From contig NC_057718.1 of NCBI RefSeq assembly GCF_004010195.1, positions 61,307,145 through 61,356,757 of the forward strand: DNA of 49,613 bases. Reading direction: 5' to 3'. The stretch comes from Chiloscyllium plagiosum (taxonomy: Eukaryota). The number at the start of each line of letters is the position of its first letter. Positions within the stretch are counted from its first letter, which is position 1. Both the position numbers and the translations under genes were made by a program. Positions 13,901 through 24,854 of the stretch are shown piece after piece. The notes beneath the pieces are model-generated. The model was given only the letters and a program-made list of their open reading frames with translations, was not told the DNA's origin and ran no database searches.

Positions 13901-14377
13901 GTATTCTGCAAAGCTTTTCAACATAATGCAGACACAAAGCATATTGATTTAGCAGTGGAACAGCCTACACTGAATCTGCACAGACCCTGGTCCCATATAT
14001 CTGTGAACACATATCTGAAGCCTAAAAGCATTAAGCTCCTTTATGACATTAACTAGGGGCATGATGCTTGGTGAAGAACTTCTTGTTACAATTACTCAGC
14101 AATATGTGGGACAAACATTAAACCTGGAGTAAGACACCAGGATTGTTCAAATGCACTCATGTCCTGATTAACTGTTCCTGCTCCAAACCCCCTTCCTGGG
14201 ACTTCACTGAAAAGCAATGTGGGGGATGGAAGAGGAACTAAATTGATGACTTCCTTCAGAGGCTCAACGATCATCAGAAGATCACCCAGAACATATTGAT
14301 GAGGCCCAAGGACCTATTCCCATCAATGCTTGTTTTAGATGTGGATATTGTGGAAAACAGGATAGAGAGGAATTTCT

Positions 14378-14478
14378 AAAAGCAAAATATTACAGATACT
14401 GGATATCTAGAATAGGAACAGAAGATCTGAAGAAATGTCATTGATCTGCTGAAGAAATGTCATTGACCTGAAACATTG
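14378..14478 (+). mobile_element. Short Penelope-type fragment with hammerhead-like core and an internal duplication of CTGAAGAAATGTCATTGA; second copy at 16317-16417
   Basis: CTGAAGA-AATGTCA-TTGACC-TGAAAC preceded by ..CAGATACTGG.., as in the other copies. Confidence 0.55.
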
Positions 14479-14880
14479 GATCGAATCTTGCATTGACTTT
14501 TGGCTAATCCAAAAGCACCAAGGATTTGGAAGGGGTTTTTTTTTGCCATGGAGTCGAGCAAGTTTCTTATCTTATTTTTCTGAAATCACTAATCTGCCCT
14601 ATAACATTGCTCACCCCTGATTTCCACCCATCTTAACACAAACCATTGCCAGGATAACTCGCCACTCAGCAGACATCAACCGAAAGATCTGCATCCTTTG
14701 CATTTGTGCCATTTTTAAAAGGCTGTCATATTCTTGGATGAGCACTGGTGTTCCAAAGATGTTCTGCTTGATCAAGGACATTTGGAGAAGATGTCAGAGA
14801 AGATGGAAATATGATTACTCACCGGGGACTTGGAGGTTCTGGTGGTTAGGGTGGTGCAAAGGAGAGGAGCCCTCTTCTGG

Positions 14881-15195
14881 TTGCGATGTTCTTGTAGAAG
14901 GAACCTCGACTTCTCAGTATAACGTGCGGTCAAATGATATACAGGAGTTGAGAAAAGCTTGGTTTGGCCTGAGCTAGTGGATGGGGAAGGAAGTAGTTTG
15001 TAGCAAAAAAAATGAACAATCCATAACCCAATGCATAACTGGGTGAAAATGCCATTCATTCAAAAGCAGAATCAGATAGGCTGTCTGACAGTGCTGGGGC
15101 AGTTGAAAGGTTGAACTGAGCAGGCTACTGTGACACCTACATGTCATGCAAGTGAGCACCTATTTTGGACAGTAATCAAGGATGGAAGAGGAATG
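14881..15195 (-). mobile_element. L2-like LINE RT C-terminal fragment; duplicate at 16820-17134, diverged relative at ~20270-20595
   Basis: The minus strand gives STAPALSDSLSD..*MNGIFTQLCIG, resembling the L2 motif LSDCLSDI..WM..NFLQLN; nucleotide similarity to 20270-20595 is clear. Confidence 0.55.
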
Positions 15196-15216
15196 GATGG
15201 ATAGGATGGTACAAAG

Positions 15217-15389
15217 GAGTCAAGATTAGAGTGGTGCTGGAAAAGCACAGCAGGTTAGGCAGCATCCGAGGAGCAAGAAAATCAACATCAATTTTCCTGC
15301 TCCTCAGATGCAGCCTAACCTGCTGTGTTTTTCCAGCACCACCCTAATCTTGACTCTAAATTCCAGCATCTGCAGTACCCACTTCCGTC
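15217..15389. mobile_element. Penelope-derived fold-back insertion (hairpin 15217-15356) with 13-bp target-site duplication TGGTACAAAGGAG
   Basis: GAGTCAAGATTAG..GCTGGAAAAGCACAGCAGGTTAGGC pairs with GCCTAACCTGCTGTGTTTTTCCAGC..CTAATCTTGACTC; the TSDs are at 15207-15219 and 15390-15402. Confidence 0.9.
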
Positions 15390-17155
15390 TGGTACAAAGG
15401 AGAGCAGTCCTCTTCTGGGAGGGTTAGCAGATGAGGCCATACCTTTGAACCCTGACAGGCTGCTCTGAGATCACCTGGGTCCATTCGATCTCCACGGTGC
15501 AAAGGAATGGCCATCAGTACCATAGAAGGTCAATGATCTTATCCACTGCGCCAAGATAAGGACCAGATTCTTCTGTCTGCTACCTCACACTCACTCCATC
15601 TCTTCACCTACCACCCACCAAGGCTCTGCCAGTCTCATGGTGCTCTGTAACAGCTTCCCTCAACCACCTCCCAAACTTGCCACACCATGGCTTCTGAGCT
15701 GTTGCATTTGGGGGAAAAAAAATCTAATGTGAGAATAAGTACAGTGTAAGTAAAGTTCTAAAAGCAAGAACTGATTAATTCACCTTCAGCCATAAATAGT
15801 CTGGTTTTAATTGTCAACCTCCATGGGCTAGAAATTTATGTATTCTGCAAAGCTTTTCAACATAATGCAGACACAAAGCATATTGATTTAGCAGTGGAAC
15901 AGCCTACACTGAATCTGCACAGACCCTGGTCCCATATATCTGTGAACACATATCTGAAGCCTAAAAGCATTAAGCTCCTTTATGACATTAACTAGGGGCA
16001 TGATGCTTGGTGAAGAACTTCTTGTTACAATTACTCAGCAATATGTGGGACAAACATTAAACCTGGAGTAAGACACCAGGATTGTTCAAATGCACTCATG
16101 TCCTGATTAACTGTTCCTGCTCCAAACCCCCTTCCTGGGACTTCACTGAAAAGCAATGTGGGGGATGGAAGAGGAACTAAATTGATGACTTCCTTCAGAG
16201 GCTCAACGATCATCAGAAGATCACCCAGAACATATTGATGAGGCCCAAGGACCTATTCCCATCAATGCTTGTTTTAGATGTGGATATTGTGGAAAACAGG
16301 ATAGAGAGGAATTTCTAAAAGCAAAATATTACAGATACTGGATATCTAGAATAGGAACAGAAGATCTGAAGAAATGTCATTGATCTGCTGAAGAAATGTC
16401 ATTGACCTGAAACATTGGATCGAATCTTGCATTGACTTTTGGCTAATCCAAAAGCACCAAGGATTTGGAAGGGGTTTTTTTTTGCCATGGAGTCGAGCAA
16501 GTTTCTTATCTTATTTTTCTGAAATCACTAACCTGCCCTATAACATTGCTCACCCCTGATTTCCACCCATCTTAACACAAACCATTGCCAGGATAACTCG
16601 CCACTCAGCAGACATCAACCGAAAGATCTGCATCCTTTGCATTTGTGCCATTTTTAAAAGGCTGTCATATTCTTGGATGAGCACTGGTGTTCCAAAGATG
16701 TTCTGCTTGATCAAGGACATTTGGAGAAGATGTCAGAGAAGATGGAAATATGATTACTCACCGGGGACTTGGAGGTTCTGGTGGTTAGGGTGGTGCAAAG
16801 GAGAGGAGCCCTCTTCTGGTTGCGATGTTCTTGTAGAAGGAACCTTGACTTCTCAGTATAACGTGGGGTCAAATGATATACAGGAGTTGAGAAAAGCTTG
16901 GTTTGGCCTGAGCTAGTGGATGGGGAAGGAAGTAGTTTGTAGCAAAAAAAATGAACAATCCATAACCCAATGCATAACTGGGTGAAAATGCCATTCATTC
17001 AAAAGCAGAATCAGATAGGCTGTCTGACAGTGCTGGGGCAGTTGAAAGGTTGAACTGAGCAGGCTACTGTGACACCTACATGTCATGCAAGTGAGCACCT
17101 ATTTTGGACAGTAATCAAGGATGGAAGAGGAATGGATGGATAGGATGGTACAAAG

Positions 17156-17328
17156 GAGTCAAGATTAGAGTGGTGCTGGAAAAGCACAGCAGGTTAGGCA
17201 GCATCTGAGGAGCAAGAAAATCAACATCAATTTTCCTGCTCCTCAGATGCAGCCTAACCTGCTGTGTTTTTCCAGCACCACCCTAATCTTGACTCTAAAT
17301 TCCAGCATCTGCAGTACCCACTTCCGTC
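17156..17328. mobile_element. Second copy of the Penelope-derived hairpin, inside the tandem duplication
   Basis: Same as 15217-15389 with one C>T change; TSDs at 17146-17158 and 17329-17341. Confidence 0.9.
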
Positions 17329-19017
17329 TGGTACAAAGGAGAGCAGTCCTCTTCTGGGAGGGTTAGCAGATGAGGCCATACCTTTGAACCCTGACAGGCT
17401 GCTCTGAGATCACCTGGGTCCATTCGATCTCCACGGTGCAAAGGAATGGCCATCAGTACCATAGAAGGTCAATGATCTTATCCACTGCGCCAAGATAAGG
17501 ACCAGATTCTTCTGTCTGCTACCTCACACTCACTCCATCTCTTCACCTACCACCCACCAAGGCTCTGCCAGTCTCAAGGTGCTCTGTAACAGCTTCCCTC
17601 AACCACCTCCCAAACTTGCCACACCATGGCTTCTGAGCTACATCCTACCTTCCTCAGAACACCTCACTATCTTCTACCCATTCACACAAGCATTGACAGC
17701 CATATCATCCACTTTCAATTCATTCAATTCCTTCTTTTCTCTCATTACAGGAGAAGACAGTCCATAAAGAGACCTTACAGGTGGAGGGGTGACTGACATT
17801 AGGCTGTTCATCCCATACGAAAAGAGAATCTTAACCCTTGCAAGAGAAGACTAGGACTGCTCCTGTTGGGATGCCAAAACACCCAGATCTTATCACCTAA
17901 GGAAGTACCATTCTTTATTCCATGACAATTCTCACATGAACTCTGCTGTCAGAATCATTCATCTTGCACCACTTCTAACTGGCTGTGACTTGTTGTCTCT
18001 CTTTTGTCTTGCAGGTACCACCAACATGTTCACTGCCTTCTGTGGAGAATTAGTCGGGCCTGCCAGCTAGAAAACCAGGGCCTCAGAGAAAGCATCAGCA
18101 AGGCTACCTCTTGCACCCAATACCAGCTCAGATACTGAAACTATGGTGGGAACAGCAGCCTTAGAAAGTTTCAGAGCACAAACTGCTGAGTATCCCAGAG
18201 TGACAGCTCTGCTGCTGGTCAAAGAAGAGATGACCCTGTGGTGTCTGCAATCAGGAACTCCACCCACAGTCACAGGGAGGAACAGCAGCAGCAGACAGGG
18301 GTGTAGGAGAGAATGGCCCTCATTGCCTAGAAACTGCAGGAAGGCACCAAATCATGTGACTTTCTGGTTGGTGGCTGCCATGGAAACACAGGCCTGGCTC
18401 CGTCAGAGACTGCAGGAGAGGTGCACACAATTACACTCATTATCTCCAAGATTGTGACTGAGGACAGGGGGGGGCTGGAGAACCTGGTGAGCACTCCAGG
18501 TGTCCTTCCTTACAAGGAGACAGTGCATTTCCAGGAAGCATCCAGCCAGAAGAGGTGCCACACACAAGCCCCTCCACTCAGGATATCCCAGAGGTGGCTG
18601 TGTCCTCCACCTCCAGCCTGCCTGTTCTTTCTGAGGTTCAGGTCAAGTGGGGTGTCAACTTTCAACTGGCAAGATAACCTTTGGCATGTCTGACCCATCC
18701 AGACACAAGCACTCCTTGGAATCCCTCAATCAAATCTCCAAGGTCAATATTCTCCACTCTGGAGCAGGGTCACTTTACCCCAAGGACTACCCTAAGATAG
18801 AGTTGGAGTGAGAGGAAGGACGAAAATGATTGAAGACACTTTGATAACACACTTTTATTGGGCCATTTCTTCTCTAATTGGCTTTGTTTGACCTTACATC
18901 TGGTTATTTGTCTCTCTTTGTAGCCCTGACTAATTGTTTCAGCATGTGGCATAACTTTCTGGGCACACAGTTTGTACTGTGGATCACTGTCTGTGCTAAA
19001 TGTACAGTATCTGGAAG

Positions 19018-19328
19018 CAAGATTAGATTCCCCACAGTGTGGAAACAGGTCCTTCAGTCCAGCAAGTACACACCAACCCTCCGAAGAGTAACCCACTCAG
19101 ACTCATTTCCCTCTGACTAATGCACCTAACACTATGGGCAATTTATCATGGCCAATTCACCTGACCTGCACATCTTTGGACTGTGAGAGGAAACCAGAGC
19201 ACCCAGAGAAAACCCACACAGATATGTGGGAGAACGTGCAAATTCCACCCAGACAGTTGCCTGAGGCTGGAATCGAACCTGGGACGCTGGTGCTGTGAGG
19301 CAGCAGTGCTAACCACTGAGCCACCACC
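19018..19328 (-). mobile_element. HE1-type tRNA-derived SINE
   Basis: The minus strand has A-box TGGCTCAGTGG, B-box GGTTCGATTCC, the TGTCTGGGTGGAATTTGCACGTTCTCCC core and a CR1-like tail ..CCTGTTTCCACACTGTGGGGAATCTAATC. Confidence 0.92.
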
Positions 19329-19807
19329 GAGGGCAATGGGTGTAGCTGGCACTTTGGCCCTCTTTGTACAGAATCTCTATTCTTTCCATCATCTGTGTTC
19401 AAAAGTATTAATGCCCTGCTATCTTATTGTCCTGCTATTCCACTTTGTCAACATATTCTCAGGCCTCACTCATATTAAGTATTAGTGACAATGCTGGGTT
19501 TCTAACAGAATCAGTGTGGGTATTTAATTATCTTCCATTGTTCTTCTGCTTGGAATATCATTAATATTCTGTGATTGGATTCACTGGCCTTTCTGGGCCT
19601 CAGTGAGTGTGAATTCAGGTCATTTCAGGCCCCATGATTGTGCTGCAGATGCACAATTAAACTAAAATATATTCCACTTTATCTGGTAAGACTGGTGCAG
19701 AGTTGCACCCTTAATGGCACATTTTCATGCCCCTTCCATGTCTGCCTAAGTACCTCTCCACAAACAAATGAATTTTGGATGTCAGAGGCATGTCTGAAAG
19801 TGAGAGG

Positions 19808-20230
19808 TGACATAGTGACTCAGTGATTAGCATTACTGCCTCACAACACTGGGGTCTGGGGTTCAATTCCAGCCTCAGGCAACTGTCTGTGGGATTTGTA
19901 CATTTGGCTTACGTGTGTATGGGGTTTCCTTGCACAAACTAAAGATGTATAAGTTACGTGGCTTGGCTAAGCTAAATTGCCCATAGTATCCAGGGATGTA
20001 AGCTTTGACAAAGGGTCAGTTTGATTTGAAACATCAGCTCTTTTCTCTCCTTACAGATGCTGCCAGACCTGCTGAGATTTTTCAGCATTTTCTCTTTTGG
20101 TATCCAGGGATGTGCTGGCTAGGTGGATTAGCCAGGGTTACAGGGATTGGGTGAGATGCTCTTCAGAGGGTTGGTGTGGACTTAATGGGGCAATTGACCT
20201 GCTTCCACACTGTAGGTATTCTATTCTATG
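19808..20230 (+). mobile_element. HE1-type SINE, interrupted by a Penelope-type insertion
   Basis: GTGACTCAGTGATTAGCATTACTGCCTCACA..GGTTCAATTCC head, GCTAAATTGCCCATAG core, and tail CCTGCTTCCACACTGTAGGTATTCTATTCTATG. Confidence 0.9.
20000..20099 (+). mobile_element. 100-bp Penelope-type insertion with 14-bp TSD GTATCCAGGGATGT
   Basis: TSDs at 19986-19999 and 20100-20113; degenerate core TTGACAA-AGGGTCA-GTT-TGATT-TGAAAC, then CAGATGCTGCCAGACCTGCTGAG. Confidence 0.85.
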
Positions 20231-20259
20231 AAATTCACAGATGAAAGTCCTTATGCTGA

Positions 20260-20860
20260 AGGTGGTGGTAATGTTCTTGTGGAAGGAGCAGGTCCTTTGT
20301 ATGACGGCAACGATCTCAGCTTGTAAGCATAACTTGGGGTCAATAAGGTAAAAGAATACTCTGAACTAGTGGATGGGGAGAGAAGTAGTTTTGGAAAGGA
20401 ATAAACAACCCAATGACTAATGTATAAACTGCAGAAAAAGCAGTTCATCCAAAAACAGAATTGGATAGGCTGTCTGATAGCACAGGTACAACTGAAAGGT
20501 TGAGCAAAGCAGGGTAATGTATCACCTACATATCATGCAAGTGACCCACCTCGCCTCATTCTTGGCAGTAGGCAGGGATGGAAGAGGAATGAGTGATGAA
20601 GATGTAAGTTGATGATGCAGAAATTAAAGGCATTGATTTTGATTGTCTTAATGTTTAGCTGGAGAAAGTTGTGATTTTGGGGAAGCTGTGTGACAACAGA
20701 GTCAGCAGAGAAATCGACAGGGACATAGAGGCAGAACTGAGTGCCATGAACAGCTGGAAACTGACCCTATGTCTGTGGCTGAAATTATTAAGAGACAGTG
20801 GGAAGCTGGGGTGGAGCCAATAGGGTAGATTTTTGTGGAAACAGTGAAGAAACAATATGT
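20260..20860 (-). mobile_element. L2-like LINE fragment
   Basis: Homologous to 14881-15195 (GATAGGCTGTCTGA, TGAAAGGTTGA, CACCTACAT(G/A)TCATGCAAGTGA); the right boundary is approximate. Confidence 0.5.
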
Positions 20861-20969
20861 TGGTGGGATTGCTACAGTGTTTTTTTTAATCTTTCAATAT
20901 TAGAAAGAAAGTGAAAAATTCAGAGAAAATAACATTCGAGATCATTGAACAAAGACTTTCTGTTAAAAA

Positions 20970-21925
20970 ATTAATCTGTTGTAGCTTCACCAGGATGATT
21001 TATCATTTTTGGCTATGCCTGGTGTTGCTCCTGGCATGCCCTCCTGCACTCTTCATTGAACCAGGGTTGATGGTAATGGTAGAGTGGAGGATATGCTGTG
21101 CCATGAGGGTTGCTGATTGTGTTGAAGTATAATACTTCTACTGCTGATGGCCCACAGTACTTCACGGATACCCAGTCTTTAATTGCTAGAGCTGTTTGAA
21201 GTCTATCACATGTAGCACCATGGCGATACCACACATCATATTGGAGGCTATCCCCAGTGTGAAGACAGGATCATCTCACAAAGACTATGCTGTAATCATT
21301 CTAACTGAAACTTCCATGGACATTTGCATCTGCAGGAGGTTGTTTGATGAGGATGACATAAAGATGTCCCCTCACCCCACCCCCAACCACCAACCACCAA
21401 ACCCCAACATTGATTTTCTCACCACCTGTGCAGTCCCAAACCAACAGTAATGTCCTTTAGAACTCAACCAGCTTGGTCAGTAATTGTGCTGTCAAGCCAT
21501 TCTTGTGGAGGGACATTGTGCTGTCCCCTTCCAGAATACATTCTGTACCCTTCCTATACTCATTGCTTCCTCCAAGTGGTTTCCAGAGTAGAGGAGCAAT
21601 GATTCTTCAGCTCAAGTAGAGGTGGATACTGGAGTAACAGCATGTTTCTTTGCCCATGTTTAACCTGATGCTAAGAGATTTCATAAACTCTGCAGTCAGT
21701 ATGGGAACTTCCTCTAGACTGTATATCACTGTGCTGCCACCTCTGCTGGGTCTATCTTCCTGGCAGGACAGGACTTACCCAGAGATATTTATGATGGTGT
21801 CTGGAATATTATAGGTAATATTCTGTGAATATGAGAACATCATGCTGTTGCTTTACTTGTCTGTGAGACATATATCCCAATATTGGCATGAGCCCCCAGC
21901 TGTTTGTGAGGAGGATTATGAAGCT
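20970..21925 (-). mobile_element. CR1-clade LINE, AP-endonuclease region (family of 8930 and 41330)
   Basis: The minus strand gives TNSWGLMPILGYMSHRQVKQQHDV (APE start), ATCDRLQTALAIKDWVSVKYCGPSA and QPWFNEECRRACQEQHQA. Confidence 0.85.
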
Positions 21926-24854
21926 TTTCATGGCCAAGTTTACCTCAGGGTATTCTTGAGGTGTGAGATTTTAACCTGAAATCACAGGTACTTGGTTACT
22001 GCAGCAAACCATCGGCAGGAGCAAATATTTCAGATACCTTTACAATATTCTGTGACCTGATACTTCTCTCCATCCAGTATTACCTCTGGGTATTCTTCCT
22101 TCTTGATAGGCATATGTCTCAGCCCATTTTGAATGCTGCATCCTTGGTTTCATCTCCTTCCTCTGCCAAAAGCAACACCTTGAAAGACAAGTTTCTTTTG
22201 TGTTCACGTCTTGTGAAAGTTATTTTTGCGTTTATTTATTGTTGGTGAGGTTTCTTCTCCAACATGTGTACATTCTCATAAATGCGAATATAAAAATGGG
22301 GAATGAGGCTTGCTGCTTGGTTTTCTTATCATCAGGGAAAGTATTAATTTTGGCTCAGCTATATCTTGTTTAGACTGTGTTGGTTTCATGAAACTTGACC
22401 AGTCTGTTGGTCACATGATTGCTGTGGCCATTTTAGGCCTGTGTTTTTAATCCCTTCCGAAAACTATTTCAATCCATGAAATTCCCAGATAATATATTGC
22501 ACAAAGGAATTCAAAATCACATAATCATATGTCATACCATCATGATCCTTGACTGAGATTAATACCTGAATCTTGTTTCAGAATATGACTGTCAGCAAAA
22601 CAAATCTGGACATGTATCATGACAATACTGGGATGAAAATGCAATTGCTCATGAAATAATGAAGCAACATTTACCGAGTAAAAAAAAGTTATTTAGTTGA
22701 AGCAAATCAAATGCAGTTTTCTTCACCTAACTGGCACTGTAAATGGCATTTGAAAGTGATGTCCCCTTATCAGGGCCCGAAGAATTTGCAGAGCATGCTG
22801 GGACCCAGCTCCATTCAATCTTCCAATCGTTCTGCCACACTCATGCAGAATCATGTGTTCAGCTGTTGAAGGAATTTTGTCTCCATTGTGACCTTCCACT
22901 GACCCTACATTGGAAAATCAGTGGAGTCAGCTGCAGCAGTCACTGATGAATATAGTCAGAGAGTAATTGCCAGGTTTAAGCCCTCTGAGGATTTCAGTCA
23001 ATATAATTATTGTTCCTTGGTGCTGGAAAGCACCCAAAGGGTTACTGAAAAATAATAATTATCTTTGTTTTTGAAATTTTATATGACAGTGCATGTGCAC
23101 TGTCATATAAAATTGAAAGACTTGTTGAAAGACTTCACTGTTTCTCAGATTTCTATGGTGATCAATTGTTCTGTGTTTGATTATGTGTGTCTCTTCTCCA
23201 TTGACACTGACTGTCCTGGATTAGTTATGCCTGGATGTGGACTCAGACTAAACTGAATGAACCGTGGAGGATGCTAATGTCAGAACAATAAGGACCAGAA
23301 ATTCCACTGGACAGTGAATAAAACAAATTACGCACATAGAAACTAGTGTGCCATCTCTACATAGCTGCAAGATATAAAATATACAACAATATCCAATCAG
23401 TATTGGCTTTTAAAATATCAATCTGTATCAGGTGCTTCAGTTACATATCATCTATCAGATCAGCTTTGAACTCCAATATACAGCAGTAATTGCAGTCATG
23501 GACGTCAGGCACTTGTTTCACCTAAATCCCAGTCTTAACTCAAACCAATAAAACTTGACAGAAGAATCCATGCTACACTGACTCTTCTTCAAAACTATTT
23601 TTTTTTGCACCAGTATTTTCCCATTACTATCTTTTTGCTGTACAATGCAGCTCAGATCCCGTTTCATGCTTCCTTGGCTTATTTTATATGTAGAAGTATT
23701 TGCCAAAGTGGGACTACTCTACCTCTGTGACTGGAACGAGAAAGATTGATATTGTGATGTGACACCATTCCTCTGAGGGCAAAGATCCCTCATTCAACTG
23801 AACTGCAGATTCTTTCAAATGATTCTGATTTTTTAACCAAAGCAAAACGTTACTTCAGTAATTTAGTGGAGAAATTAGTTGCCCATTCCAAATATATTAT
23901 TAAGTCAGAAATATTTGAAAATGAGCGTTTTCCCTGATTTGTCTATTTACAGTTTTCAGAAATAATATGAAGAAATACATCTATTAATCAGCTGAGCCAG
24001 CAACAAAGAGGTTAATGTTCATTTTTAAGTGGAAACAGCTATTACACGTACTGGGATTTCTTACCAGTTTTAGATACTGCTTGGTAAACCAACCAAATGA
24101 GATAAAGCAGCTTTAATAGTCCATAACATTGCAATCACTTCATGTTGTGACCCACAGTCAAAATCATCATTTAAAGTACTGATTAATAAACAACATACTT
24201 AAATCATACTTAAAAGCAGGACAGCATCACTCCTTTCTAATTGCAAAGCTGAATTTAAAAAGTCACACTGCATAAACAGTATAAAAGAATGACAGTTTTT
24301 GTATTTCAGCTACCAATTCTTTTGAGGTCAAGTGTATCCTGTATTATATTTTATTCCAATAGCATATACCTCCTACAGAATCTCTTGGAGTCTACTGCAA
24401 ATTGCCTTCTGCTTTAATGACGGAAAGTAATTCTCTCTGTGCGCATCTTCTGACACAACAGTGAGAAAAACATGAAGAAGGAGGAAAGCCTATCACACAA
24501 ACTGCAAAATTATTTAAAGTTCCCTACAATGTTGATATTAAAGTAACTACTCTCAGGTTAGTATGAAGAAGTATTACAGATTTGCTGATCTTTACAATAG
24601 AGATTGCACACTCACTAAGACAAGAAGCAGAACAAAAGCTGGCTGCAGCTAAGACAAACCGGGCCAAGCCTGGAGAGTCAACGTAATCAATGGGAACAAG
24701 CAAGAGAATTCCCAGATTGGATTTGTTCCAAGTTGGAGTTTGGGTTAATTAAGATTTCAAATTCATCCTCTAACACAGGAATTGAAATCTTGTTCCTATG
24801 GACACAAATGCAAATCTAAATGTCCACAAGTATGTGTGTTTGAGCACATTTTCT

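Larger units (their letters stand above)
13762..17639 (+). repeat. Tandem duplication, 2 x 1,939 bp (13762-15700 and 15701-17639)
   Basis: The ORF pairs share a constant 1,939 offset and the junction is ..CTTCTGAGCT|GTTGCATTTGGGGG... I saw five substitutions by eye, at 14593, 14907, 14927, 15267 and 15638 versus +1939. Confidence 0.97.
13886..18750 (+). mobile_element. PIF/Harbinger-type relic with a spliced Myb/SANT-like (MSANTD-like) gene, partly duplicated and interrupted by nested insertions; ends uncertain
   Basis: GDLEVLVVRVVQRRGALFW (~14824), SISTVQRNGHQ..KVNDLIH (~15486 and ~17425), acceptor TTTTCTCTCATTACAG followed by EKTVHK..TGGGVTDIRLFIPYEKR (~17751), a further acceptor at ~18014, and a TIR-like GGGCTAGAAATTT at 13886. 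Confidence 0.6.

Noticed and set aside
19240..19328. tRNA gene
   Set aside because: The A and B boxes belong to the HE1 SINE head and there is no full cloverleaf; the same applies to the other SINE heads.
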